From positions 62,001-126,000 of the forward strand of contig VJWM01000239.1 of NCBI GenBank assembly GCA_010909165.1: a stretch of DNA of 64,000 bases, given 5' to 3'. Position numbers and translations under genes: made by a program. This stretch comes from Anthoceros angustus (taxonomy: Eukaryota > Plantae > Anthocerotophyta). Positions 48,351 through 60,970 of this stretch are shown here, piece by piece. Numbering within the stretch: the first letter of the stretch is position 1; each line of letters begins with the position of its first letter. Under the pieces are notes generated by a model that was not told the DNA's origin, made no database searches, and was given only the letters and a program-made list of their open reading frames with translations.

Positions 48351-51300
48351 ATATTTATGTAATTAACAATAACAATAAAGAGTTAACCATTATGTATACG
48401 CTTATCCTCTATAGAAGCAGCGGCTGTTTGAAAATTTTATATGTGGCCTTCTGCAGTGTTCAGATGTAAGCGTTCTTCGGATTTATCGCTAAGCTAGGTC
48501 TCCAGAAGTTTGTGAGTCTCAAATGTTTGAAGACAGGCATGGAAATAACAGAGGATACCTACATCAAAAACATTTGGATTGCTAGAAAGACTATGAAGTG
48601 GTGTGCAAACAATGGATACGAGGAACCAAAAAGCGTCTAGCTTAGAGGAAGCATTTAGATGCGTGAAGATGTTGGTGAGAAAATCTTCAATCAATGACAT
48701 AGATTATTATCCTGAGGTGGCAGTACAGGAGGACGTAAATAATGAAGACATGGATGTTGAGGTACATGAAGAACACGAACAATCGGATAAAGACTTTAGT
48801 AATGAAGAAAATGTAGGTATTAAGGCTGATGAGCAATTGGAGGAAGACTTGAATATCGAAGAGGGTTTTCCAATTCATGAAGACTTAAATGATGAAGTAG
48901 ACCTGGACCAAGACTTAAGTAATGAAGAAGATATTGATGAAGACTTAAATAATGAAGAAGATTTTGAAGAAGACTTTAGAGATTGAAGCACGAAAAGAAG
49001 ACTTTATTATAAAAAAGAGATGGAAAAAACCCATTCACCCCAAAAACAAAGGGGGAAAAACCCAACGAAGGGTACCATGAAAGGGGGACTAACCCGTACG
49101 TCTTTGCTCACTAGGTACTTGTCCATACGCTCATAACACAAATGAGATGATTGCTTCTAGCCATAAATTGACCTTTTCAGCTTGCAAACAAGATTCTCAA
49201 TATATTGGACAGCCGTATGGTATTTATATGTAGATATCTTCAATGAGTTCACCATTTAGTTATGCAATCTTCACATCAAGATACTAAATTTCGAAGTCAT
49301 GGATTGCTCCAAGAATAAGCGTATGATGATAATAGGGAGGCTCTTATGAAGATTAAATCCGAGGCCTTAGACTTTGAAGAGGCTAAGAGCGACATGGACT
49401 CCGAGGAGTCCGAGTGGGAGAAGGCTACCGAAGAGGAGGTAGCACAACAAGGAGGGACAGGGGCGGCTAGGGAAGCCCCTATGAGAGGAGCACTTACCCT
49501 TGAAGGGTGAGGAAAGTAGGTGTTAGCACCGGTAGATGACCTACCTGGCACCGTAGGTGGAGGACCTACTGGCATAAGTGAGGTACCTACCGTGGTAGGT
49601 GACCTACCCTACCGAAGTAGGTTAGTCGAAGATGGCAGCAAATAAAGGGGCTGCCAAGGAAAGTGAGGCGGTGGGGGAAGCCAATGCTTCTCCCCTTACA
49701 GAGGAAGCAAGGCCAGGGGTTGCTGCCCCTAGTGGAGAGGCGAGAAGACTAGGGGATGCCCATCCTATGACGGGGGACGAGGGAGCAAGAGGGTCACTTG
49801 TCCCCCAAGTAAGGAAAAGGGGCGAGACAGGAAATTAGCCTGTGGCCAAGAGGGCACGAGCCATCCTTCTAGAAGAGGGGCAGCCACCTGTCTAGCAAGG
49901 TGAAGAGGGTTCTTGTTCATGACCCATAGATTTGGCTTAGAGTTGTAAGCATGATGTCACTTGAGGAAGTCTCTTCTTAGGGGAAGGAAAGCATAAATGC
50001 TCATTGAATGGACAGCTGTGAATAGAATTGTAGGATAGCATCTTTCCTTGCTTCCGCCAAGCTTCTCGGAAAGTCTTCAACACCAGATACAAAAGCATGC
50101 TCCACTTCTGTACTGGCAAAGTTATCTAAGAACTACTTTGGAACATGATGCCTTGAGCTACACCTTAAATCACCAGACTCGTTCTGGCTGGCAGAGATTG
50201 ATGTAGCAAATCTTGGAGTTGCTTAACGCAAGCAAGCTCAAGATTTGTACTAGAGTCCCGCTATTAATATTAGGCGACTTAAGACAACTAGGAGTACCTA
50301 ACTATCTCATAACTCGAGTGGTGGAATCACGAGCTAAACACTATGACGGGGCTCGTTGCGTCGATGCCCAGTCACGGTCTTGATTCGTTCTTCGGATATT
50401 ACCTGAGTTATCCTAATGTACAGATATTAGAATATATCTCCAGAGATATTCTAATTCTTATCTATCTATTTATCTTGAATTGCTTAATTATTGTGGCAAT
50501 AGGCCAACAAGTTACAAGTCGACTTCATCAGGCAACATCTTGGCCTCAGGTTCCCTAACGGATACAAGGTTATTCCAAGACCGAAACACTATCGCTAGCA
50601 TAGTAGACATGCCACCCCTGCCAATCAACTTCCTCTTACAAGCCAACAAGGTTCTGAGCAATTAGCAACAACGTCACTTGCACCACACCTTTTTCTCCGC
50701 TATGCTACTAAACACCCCAAGCACCACCCCCTTCCTCATTTCTTGTCACGCCCCTTGACTGCCACCCGCTACTATGTTTTCCTATAGATGCTAGATTGAC
50801 GTGACAAATGCCCTATTCAGACTAGGTCACACAGTCTGCAAAACCCAACCAAATGATCATGCAAGCTAATCCGAAATTCCAAGAGAAGTTACCCGTTTTT
50901 GTATTTGAAGGTGTTTATGCCTTTCATTATAACACTCCTTAGAATAGCTTAGGGTGAAATGATGTAGCATGAAAGGCAAGGGGTGGTGGTCCTTCTTCCT
51001 TCTTCCTAGCTTTCTGAAATCTTGACACACTCGTACCTTTCCTTTTGAGTGCGCTGGACTCCCTGGAGCAAGTCTTAAATCTAAATGACAAGCCCTCAAA
51101 GCCGACCTGAAAAATTGTGTTTTTACCCAACCCAGAACAACACTCACGTACCTCATGGAACGGTTCGGTAGAAAATATTTAACGATTAAAATCTATAATC
51201 TTTTAGGATCCAAGTGTCGAACTTACCAAGAGGGCTAGTTGCCGAAACCAAGAGAAAATGGGGCGCAGGATCTGGAGGGGTGTCGCTGAAGTGCAGTCCG

Positions 51301-51429
51301 TCGAATGAAGACCAGGACACCGTTTTTTAGCTGCCACCGTTTTTTACCTGCCCTTCGAGAAGGTATTTGGTCCTGTTGTGTGCGTCTCAACCACCATCGT
51401 TCCGACTGGGTATGTACCACCGGTTCCAC

Positions 51430-52250
51430 GGGCTAAGAGGAAACTGTCAGCTGTTAGACTTACCTCCCGAGTCCCGAGTCCCAACGCCATTGTTGCCAGA
51501 GCAAGTTCTATCAACCCCCCAAACACCGTCTTACTCCGAGCTCTTCTCACCAACCAAGCTTCCCGCACCCCCCTACCTGTCAAGAAGAACCCGAGCCATA
51601 CTCGTTCACAGACTCTCAAACCCGTCCTCCCAATTGTCCCCGTCCCCGTCACCTCTGCCCCTACCTCTACCATGGTCACTACCGCCTTACCTCCATCGGC
51701 TGCAGCAGAAGTGGTGAAGCAACGAACCGGATTACGTTCCTTTCCAAACCCGGCACTCGCGGCTAACTGGCTGAGGTTTTCGCCAATGGAATGAGGAATC
51801 GCAGCAGCTAGTTTGGGATATCCCGGACACGATGACCCTGGCTGCTGTCCCAGGCACATAAGCCATCTGCGACTCTACCTGCATCCCCGGCATTCCTGAC
51901 GTTACCCGGCCCACACCACATCCACACCCATCTACGGGAATGCGTCTGCCATGGGCTCTCTCCTGCCATTGCCAGTACGATGTGCGGGGTAACCAACCTC
52001 ATCCCGAGCTGACAGTGAGGGTGAAACTCTCCCTGGCAACCCCCACAGCAAACTACATCGCCCAGGAGACACTCAAGTCCTGGATCTACAATGCCAGGGC
52101 CTAGCTGCCGGCGGCGATGGGAAGAGAACGTGGCGCTGAGATCCTCCACTTCTCTAAACGAATGACACCATGATGGTGGGCGGTTTAGAGTAATCCCGGT
52201 CAATAGACGCAGCTGAAGAGTGACCTGAGGAAGGCTATGGAGACGGGGAA
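51430..52250 (-). pseudogene. truncated, decayed RUS1 5' copy within the inverted duplication
   Basis: [42 protein letters not shown] matches RUS1 [42 protein letters not shown]. It then has a deletion and frameshift and lacks all DUF647 exons. Confidence 0.8.
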
Positions 52251-52528
52251 GTATCTGGCCAGACCAGGCGCCAGATTCGTAAACACGCCCACAGACTATC
52301 TGAAGAAGGTGAATAAGACGAGGAAGCCAACAACCACCAGCAATTGCAGTTTCGACAAGGCCACCACGAGAACCAGCTGCAGCTGCTCATTGAGCACCGT
52401 CTCATTCTGATTATCCTGTCATCAGACACCGGCAAGCAGGTTTTCTCTCTCATGCACAAAATCGCATGACCTTCAACCCTTCGTTTCGGCAGCACACAGC
52501 GGAGCAGCAGCAGCACCCAGCGACAGCA

Positions 52529-53002
52529 ATGGCGCTCTCCGGGATGGCCACTGCAGCTGTCGTAATGAAGCCGGTGGCTGCCCCGATCAAGCCATCCTCG
52601 TCCACATTTTTCCAGGGCGGAAAGCTGGCGTGCAGTAGCAGCAGCGTTGCGAGGCCGGCACTCATGGCAGGATTCAGTCTGCAGGTGGAGGCTATGAAGA
52701 AAGTGCAAGGCAAGGTGGTTTGCGCAACCAATGACAAAACCGTGGCGGTGGAGGTCTTCAGGATTGCCCCGCATCCCAAGTACAAGAAACGGATCAAAAC
52801 CAGCAAAAAGTACCAGGCTCACGACCCATACAACAGCTGCAAGGTGGGCGATACAGTGACGCTGGTGAAATGCGCGCCGGTGAGCAAAACCAAGGCTTTC
52901 CTTGTCACAGAAATCAGGGCGGCTAAGGTAGCTGTCAGGAAGGCGGCTGCCGCGTCTGAGCTTTCCATTCCCTTAGAGTCTGCAGTCGCACCTCCAAGCT
53001 GA
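52529..53002 (+). CDS. RPS17: plastid 30S ribosomal protein S17, copy 2
   Basis: Intact ORF from ATG 52529. The uS17 core is identical in amino acids to copy 1; differences lie in the transit peptide and last residues. Confidence 0.93.
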   Translation: MALSGMATAAVVMKPVAAPIKPSSSTFFQGGKLACSSSSVARPALMAGFSLQVEAMKKVQGKVVCATNDKTVAVEVFRIAPHPKYKKRIKTSKKYQAHDPYNSCKVGDTVTLVKCAPVSKTKAFLVTEIRAAKVAVRKAAAASELSIPLESAVAPPS

Positions 53003-55601
53003 TTGCTCAAGGTGCGCTCTCCGCTACGTTCAGTTGTATGTTTTCCTGTTTTCCTGCCAGGATGAATCAGCATGATTGTTTGTGTCATTCTCCAACTATA
53101 GGAGGTGATGAACATACTGTACCTTTTTTCTGTGCCTCCTCGTCGCATTGGGAGAGAGTGGGATGGGCTTCGTTTGCAAGTTCCGGTACTTTACTGTTTT
53201 GTATGTGTGCATCTTCTCTCACCCACTCTCCGTCGATCGCAACGCAATGTAGAACTTCCATTATCCAATGCAGCACCCGCAGTGTCATTGTGAGACGGAC
53301 TGGTGCTGTTTCTGGATCAAAAAAAGTAGGGGTGCACTTTCACTAATCCATTAGAGAGGATCCTTCTTCTTCGCTCGCTGCAAACGTTGCTTCTTCTTCA
53401 AGAGGTCACTGTAGTTAAATCCTTCTGGTCACTCACACTGCTTTCCCCACATGTGGGTAAGTACAGCACCGTAGATAGTTCCTACAGGTGACCTTTCATC
53501 GCTCACACCTTTTGGGTAGTGCAAAGGCCTCGGTCATTGAAATGTAGCAGGTCCAGCCCTAGGGTTTGCAGTGGTTGCCTGAGATGTAACTGCCCTAACC
53601 ACCTTCTCATTGTTTGACGCCTCTTATCTGTGCTTTCTCTCTTCTTTATGGTGTGTTACTGTCGTCTCACATTTTCGCTGGCATGCCTGTTGGAGATTTG
53701 TGTAATCTGCAATATCGCAGGTGCCTGAATTTTGATGTCTATGAGCAGGTGCATGTGAGGCTTTCTACCAGCAAGACGAGCTTCAAGGGCTTGCGGCTGT
53801 GACCTTTCGCCACGTGTAGAGGTTAGTATGAGATGTTCCAGTTTAGCAACAACTAGCATAAGAGGACCAAATGTGTGCTTCTAATCTTGTGATTCTTTCT
53901 TGTAGCCCGTTAGATAGTTGTCTCTCAATGGGTCTGTAAATTCTAGCTCATTAACCCCTCTTGCCGTCTCTAATTGTGGTCATCCAGTCCCTGATAACAG
54001 TGACAACTGGGAGCCCAAATTTCTGCCCATTTAGGTGGACTAGTTTTGGCAGGCTACCTGCGGTCTGTTTCTCTTTATCCAGCCATGATGTCAGCTATCC
54101 TTCTAAATGCCTATGGGGTGTTTTTCTTCTCCTATAATTTGATCTGCAGGATCTTTTTCCCTTTGCTTTTTCCACCGGCTCCAAACCTCTTCTAATTTCA
54201 CTGGCTGAGCTAGCGGATGTGGTATCGAGGACATTTCTCTTATTTGGGCCCGCAACCTTCGTTTAGTGATGCACAACATATGTGCAATGCTGCTAAATGT
54301 GGTGTGAACCGTCTACTGCATGGCTTGTGTGAACTCGGAAAGCTTGCCTACTTCTCCTAGCAGGTTTGTCAGAAATGCGGGTTTCAAGACCACGCGGTTG
54401 TTTGGTCAAACTGAGAGCTATTTTATGAGTCACTCTGAATTTATGATTTGGAGTCTCACTAGATGAGGACCCTTGAGTCCTGAGGATATGCTTAGAAGGC
54501 AGAAGAATCTGGCTGATTTTAGCCCGTTATTTCTTCTAGGCAGGGAGATTTTGTGATTGAGAAGTAATCGAAGACTTGTTTGACCGTCCAGGAAGCGCGT
54601 ACTTCTACACGGTTGGCACACACGGGGCGGGGAAAAATTGATAAGCGGACTTTCATGAACATCGACGTCCACTAGACAGCTCGCTGTCGACTGGTGGAAA
54701 AGTTGGGACAACTCAGTTACCAACATTTTAGGTCGAAAATTTTTGGTACAGATTTGTTTCTTCCCACGTGGGTCTGGTGGAAAGTGGGTCCTGCAGATGC
54801 TTGTGATGGACGCTGGCAGTGCCTGTAAAGCTGATTTTTGCGTGAGTGGTATGACGGTGGGTGGGCCAAGCTGGAAACACCTTCCAATCGCCTTTAGGGT
54901 GTAGGCCATACACTGAAAAGCTTGGGCTTGGCTGTCCTTGCTTGGGGCCAACTACACCTGATCTAAACAGCAACAGATTCCAAGGTTGTACGAAAGCGCG
55001 TATACCACAGCGCGAAACCTCGAAGCAGGAGTATCTGGACCTACCGCTGTCATGATTCTGCAGACCAAAATCTGCTACTCACTCACCTTTGAGTATCCAA
55101 ATGGTGCTCGGTGGAGCAGCAGTTTGACCTCGATCTTCCACATGATGCCCAACAGGACGAGGAGGGGATAAGTGGTAACATGGTCACCTTCCACAGTGAA
55201 GTACCTGGACCACCCACTCCTGCCCCTCCCCGCCCCCGGCCCCGAAGATCCCTGTTCTGGTTGAGGCCAGTTCATTCCCTGTTCGTACTTTCATCGATAG
55301 CACCTGGAAAGGCACGCATAAAGGTGAATATTCTGAACAGGCAGCACGGCTCGCCTGGACGTATGAACTTTCCAAGGCAAGGAACAGTGTGAAGGCCTTT
55401 TCACGGTACTGGACAGGCCATTAAGAAACTGTGAGGTCGCTCCCGCAGACTCAGAGTACAGATTGACAAGAAGATCCGGAGGGTCCCATCCCATCCCATC
55501 TAATCGCCTCAAGCAACAGTGCCACAACAAAGCAGATCAGGTTCCCCAGCCTCCCTTCCTCCCCACCCCATGAACATGCTCCTGCCACGGAGTGATCAAT
55601 C

Positions 55602-56771
55602 ATGAGCCTCCCAGTGAAAGACCTGAGGCAAAGAGCAGCCGCAGTGTGCGCTACCTACATCGAAGAATCACTCCTGACCTGTGCCGACGAGTACGTCGCC
55701 ACATGGGTGCCCCTCACATACCGAGCCAAGATGGCATGCTACGTCCTGCAATGGTACCGCGCAGTGCCGCTCAAGGGCATCATCCTAGGCCAGGCTCCGT
55801 CCAGCCTGGACAGCCCTAACACCTCCTTCCCGGACACCGGGCCCATACCCCTGTCCGCAGCCTTCTCCTACAACGAGGACGCCCTCGCATGCAAGCGGCA
55901 GGGCGTGGTCGTCCCACCCCTGGCCACAGACCTCCTGGCCCAGGAGATCGGCAAAACCTGCGCCGTGGACGAGGAGGCGGTGCTCACGTCCCTCCGGGAC
56001 TGCCACACCCTCCTAGACCAGGGCGTCATCGTCTGGTACGCCCTCCCCCTCGGGAAGCAGGAGATCCGCTACAACAACTACTCGGAAGACGCCTTCCGGC
56101 TCAAGCACAACTCCCGGCAGATCCAAACCCTAGCTCACGCCCTGCACCAGCTCATCTCCATCAGCAACCAGATGGAGCCGAGCGCGCTGGAATCCACCAC
56201 CGTGGTGGCCCTCGGGGTGTGGGCCAGGAGGGTGTCTGCGGCCATCCGGGCCAAGGTCTCGGATCAGTCCGCAGAGCTCACCCGGCGTCTGGACATCAAG
56301 GACGAGGCGGTGGCCCCAGGCCCGTGCCAGTCCCAGGGCCGGGGGCGAACCCGCGAGGGTTTCCTCCCCATCGCGCCTCCCGCCGAGCTGCGGGCCATCC
56401 ACGCCCTGCTCAATTTCCCTCGCCAGCACTGCTCTCCCAGCTCCATGTCCCCTGTGCCAGAACGTCGGAGCCCCAACTCCGTTAGGTTTGTGGACAAGCA
56501 CCTCCGGGACATGCTGCGCATGGACGACGCAGTCTCCTGCTCTAGCCACGACGCTGCCGTCAAGCCGGGGAAGCCGAGGTTGCGGCTGGACTTGGATGTC
56601 TCTCGGGCAGAGGACGATGAATCGAGGCAGGAGGAAGTGGTGGCGGAAACACCAGCTACATTTGGAGCTTTCACACGAGCAAGATACACCGTTAAGGAGA
56701 AGGGTAAAGCGATTATGATAGACGAGCCCGAGGCCTATGCTCCTTCAACAAGTGACTCTGATGACGATTGA
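55602..56771 (+). CDS. intronless orphan protein with a degenerate family-1 uracil-DNA glycosylase-like motif series
   Basis: 389-aa GC-rich ORF. LKGIILGQAP ~ VKVVILGQDP, AAFSY ~ GLAFSV, VVPPL ~ IPPSL, LDQGVIVW ~ ARQGVLLL, TVVALGVWAR ~ VVFLLWGSHA, in the correct order. No HPSP motif. Confidence 0.6.
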   Translation: MSLPVKDLRQRAAAVCATYIEESLLTCADEYVATWVPLTYRAKMACYVLQWYRAVPLKGIILGQAPSSLDSPNTSFPDTGPIPLSAAFSYNEDALACKRQGVVVPPLATDLLAQEIGKTCAVDEEAVLTSLRDCHTLLDQGVIVWYALPLGKQEIRYNNYSEDAFRLKHNSRQIQTLAHALHQLISISNQMEPSALESTTVVALGVWARRVSAAIRAKVSDQSAELTRRLDIKDEAVAPGPCQSQGRGRTREGFLPIAPPAELRAIHALLNFPRQHCSPSSMSPVPERRSPNSVRFVDKHLRDMLRMDDAVSCSSHDAAVKPGKPRLRLDLDVSRAEDDESRQEEVVAETPATFGAFTRARYTVKEKGKAIMIDEPEAYAPSTSDSDDD

Positions 56772-57379
56772 CAAAAACAAAACCAAGGCCTTCCGTTCGC
56801 TGCCTGGCTCATAGCTAGTAGGTACATGCCATAAAGGTGTCTATTTGCTATGGTGACCCTATTTGTCTTCAAAAGATGCCCAAGAACTGTACTTTGTGAG
56901 ATTTAAAGCTTTCAACTACGAGTACACAAACCAACTTTATCGCAGAGTTAAAAGAGTTGGATAGATTATAAGTGAATACAATAAGACCAATTTAGGTTTA
57001 TATGCTTCTATTTTCTAATGTGATAGATACACACCAAGAAATGAACAAACAAAAATTTTAAAAGAGGGAGAGATTGATCAAAAAACTTGTGTGATACATT
57101 TAGTTCTTGACATAGTGAAGAAGAAGAAGAAGAAGAAGAAGAGTCTACTCTAGCCTAGTGAGTGTTGGGTTTTGTTTCCTACATTGAGAAATTGAAGAAT
57201 GATAGTATAGATAAATTTATTTAAATGTGGTACACCACAAAAGAAAATATAGAATTTTGATTTTGAGTTTTACCACTTAATGTATACTTGCACGTCTATG
57301 TGAAATAATATTGATGAAGTGTTTGTGTTTGTATATGTTTGTAAGATTTGTATAGCAAGCATAGATAAATTCATTAAGA

Positions 57380-58927
57380 ATGGCTACAACGGGCGGTTCT
57401 GGAGTGGCCTTGGACAAAGCCTTACCAGCAACTAGGCTACTAGAAAAAAGACGTCTCATGTTCCAAATTCAAGAGGCCTTAGAAGCACAAAAAGTTGAAT
57501 TTGCAGCGTAAGAAAATATATTCATTTATTTGTACTATAAGATGCATCAATTTTGCTTTCGCTTGCTAATGTTTGTATTTCTTGGTTGGACAAATAGCAA
57601 GGAAGAGATACTTAAAAAACGTGAAGAATCTTTGAGGTTGAAAGACCTTGAGTTACAAGAGTCTTTAATTGGCTTCTCAAAATTTTTACAGGTTACCACC
57701 TCATAGGAATTAAAACTAATGACTGCTTCAAAATCATGTAGTTATATTGAAAAGAGAAATATTTTTTTTTCTATTGACTCTTGTAGGAAAATGGGATAAA
57801 AAAAGCAAGAGCAGAAAAGAAAGCTGCTGATGAAATGAGAATACGGATCGATAAGGTCGATGTTCAATGTTGTGAACTACATTATAATATCGAAATCCTA
57901 TTTGCTTAGCATTGAATTTAAGTTAATTTTGTACTAATTCCAATACATATTCTATGAAGGAAGCAGAAATCCGGCAATTAGAAGACACTCATGCTGCAAC
58001 CCAACGCAAAAAGACTAGCATCACTAAGGAATTAGTAAGAATTTTGCCCTACAATAAATATTTGGAGACTGTGGTGGACTACGGTGGGCAATATCACGAG
58101 ATAAATGATCTCCTTGTAAGGTATAGTTTTCCAATTTCATGTGCACAAAGAGGTAGTCTGAAAATAAATTGGCAATATCTATTTGGTAATGGGATCATTT
58201 TTGTGGGGCTAGATATCAAACTTTAGCTGCTACAAATAAAGACTTGAAAATGCATATTGAGGATTGTGGTATCATGATAGAAAAGATAAGAGCCGACATG
58301 CAAAACTATACCAAGACTAGCAACAACCAAATGCTTACCTTGAATAACGATATAAGTATAACAAAACAAATATATCAAAAGAAAAGACGGGAAACATCTG
58401 ATATTCAATTGCGTATGGATTCCATTCTCCACCTAGCTGCTCAAAGAACGCTTGCACGTAGTCAGGTAAATATAAGATTTTTTAAATATTTTCAAACTAA
58501 AAAATACGTTAATAAAATATCATTTACTCTCAAACACTTGAGTTAAGTGGAGCAATGTTAAGTGGAACAGATTTGGACTTAGTATACATCTTATCGCTCT
58601 TTGAGGTGTTTAATATGAAAACAAAATGTTAGATACCATACATCTCAGTTTCTTTATAAATTGTTGTTAATTGTTTTGCAGGTATGTTTGGCAGCAGAAT
58701 ACCTTTTCAACCGCATATGTTTGAACTCTAGTGTGAAACACTATCCTCATACGAATCCACTAAATCAATTATCCGCAGCAGCAGACTATATATCAGATCT
58801 CATTTTTACAATCAGACTCCATAGAGGTACACCAAACAAAAGGGAGATGATGTTGTTTGGCCGGTTTGGACGTAAGAACAAATTTCCAAAAGGTAGTGGG
58901 AAACCCAAGCAGAAAGTTCGATTCTAA
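57380..58927 (+). CDS. CFAP73: CFAP73/CCDC42-family (DUF4200) flagellar coiled-coil protein
   Basis: Six exons with GT-AG introns: PATRLLEKRRLMFQIQEALEAQKVEF / KEEILKKREESLRLKDLELQESLIGFSKFLQ / ENGIKKARAEKKAADE / ...PYNKYLETVV...YHEINDLLVR / YQTLAATNKDL...AAQRTL / VCLAAEYLFNR...NPLNQL. Confidence 0.85.
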
Positions 58928-59224
58928 ACCGATTGTCCATGTTTCCTATCATCCTCTATTATGTATAAAAATTTGAAAAATAAAATATAATATACATGAT
59001 ATTTTAATATTATTTGATATTTAGTAATTAAAAAAGGTTCACAATCTATAAATGGCCTCTCACAAGGTACCTTCTTATCTCATACAAACACATACATATC
59101 CAATCATGGCATATGATGCAAGGTTGTATCATAAAGGAGAGTATGGGAATGACATTCCATCATCCAATAACTACAAAATATCTAGTATTTTAGAGTTTTT
59201 CCATGCATATTACCATAACCCAAT

Positions 59225-60260
59225 CCGAGATATGGAGTACAAACCCTAAACCCCCAAGATCTAGAGTACAACCGTTCTCCGAGTCCAAAAGGAAGTCGTC
59301 ATCAATGCTGGGGACCGGGGGACGAAAAGAACTGCCACAATCACAAGCAAATGTGGACAAGAATATCACAGCCTGCAGAGTGTACTTCGTAGATCCACCA
59401 CACCTGTTTGGGAGTGATAAAAACTGCAGTAACAAAGCTCACGTCAAAAAGGTCAGTCCTGCTGTCCGAGAAGCCACGAAGCGCACTTTCCAGGCGCTGC
59501 AAGTTTTTGTGTGGCAACGATGCGTCCCACAAAACTGATTTGGTGCACAAATATCGACCTGCAATTCCGCTGCTGGAGCTCCAGCTGCGGGGAAAAGGTG
59601 GGACAAATGGGGAGCTGCAGAGAAAAGGTGGGACAGGATGGGAGCTGCATGGAAAAAGTGGGACAGAAGGAAGTCACGAACCGCATTTGAGTCCACAGAA
59701 TGACGCAGCGTAGAGCCCAGCATGGACCAATCTCCAGCCTGTCCGGATTCTATAGCAAACCCCAGGAATAACGGGCTGGCTGGCAAAGCCTTTTTGCGAT
59801 ATCTTCATATTAATGGATTGTTACCCGGCGGAAGACAAGGAAGGCTGTTGGGCGAACGGAATGCAGCCGACTCCGTCACTCCCCGTGCCAACGTGGGGTC
59901 GAATCCCAAAGAGGGTATCGCCTTCGATGGTTGCGTGTCTTTGCGTGGCAAATTTAAAGCATGCGATTCCACTTTCGGGCATCGTGTTTGCCTCCTAGGT
60001 GTCCCAGTTCACATTTAGCGATTCTGCTTGCCCTTCAATTTCTGATCCCCGTAATCCAGCTCGTAGAGGAGAGACCATGGCGCTGTGACGTGACATGCTC
60101 CTTGTGCTTGCTCGGCTGCTTGGAACAATGACCGCCATTAGGACAGGATTCGAGGAACGTGGTGCCATAACGATGGCTTGCCGGTGGTCTCCCTTGCACC
60201 GGACTTATGCATGTTCGGGAGACTAAACTCTCTTACGAAGTATGGTGCTGTCGCCTTTGG
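59225..60260. repeat. ~1-kb diverged direct repeat, copy 1 (partner ~61435-62420), unidentified
   Basis: Shared blocks include ttccaggcgc...tgtggcaacgatgcgtccca, gttacccggcgg, ccccgtgc..acgtggggtc, gcgattccacttt.gggcatcg, gtgacatg..ctccttgtgct and gtggtgccat.acgatggcttgc. Confidence 0.85.
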
Positions 60261-60351
60261 CCCGTGGATGAGGGACTTTTAACCAAAAAAAATGATTAGC
60301 ATTTTAATGAAAAGATTAATGAATGATCTTTTATCCACGAAGTTTTTATAA

Positions 60352-60970
60352 AGCGAGGCAAGAGGAGGTTGAGAGGCAAACAAAAGATCCATTCGAAGCA
60401 AATCCAACAGCTCCATTTAAGGCAAATCCCACGAGCAAGATATACGGTTAAGGAGGAGGGTAAAGCCATCATGGTAAAAGGGTCCATGGTCTATGCTCTT
60501 GCTGGTAAGGAGAAGGGTAAAGCCATCATGATAAAACAAGCCAAGGTCTATGCTCCTGCAACAAGTAACTCTTATGACAATTGACAAAAGATAAACAACA
60601 AGTAACTCTTATGACAATTGACAAAAGATAAAGCCCCTCTCTGCCTTGTCTGTCTAATTTATATATGCCATAAAAGTCTCTATTTGCTATGGGCATCTCA
60701 TTGTCTTCGAAAGAGACTGTGAAGACCTACATAGCTAAATAAATGTGAGATATTGAAGCTTTCAACAACAAGTACACAAACCACCTCTATTGTGGAACTA
60801 AACGAGGTGGATAGATCAAGATTTAGGTTTATGTACTTTCATTTTAATGTTGTAAATACATTCAAAGAAATGGACAAACAAGAATTCTAAGAAAAGAATG
60901 ATCAATCTAAAGCTTATGAAATAAGTTCAATTGCTAACATAATGAGTGTTGGGTTTTGTTCCATAGATTG
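60352..60970 (+). pseudogene. diverged copy of the C-terminal tail and 3' flank of the 55602-56771 ORF
   Basis: RARYTVKEEGKAIM...KEKGKAIMIKQAKVYAPATSNSYDN* matches RARYTVKEKGKAIMIDEPEAYAPSTSDSDDD*. The downstream ~400 bp is colinear with ~56770-57180. Confidence 0.85.

Noticed and set aside
49100-50700. Possible retroelement or LINE debris
   Set aside because: Looks repeat-derived but I could not find a diagnostic motif
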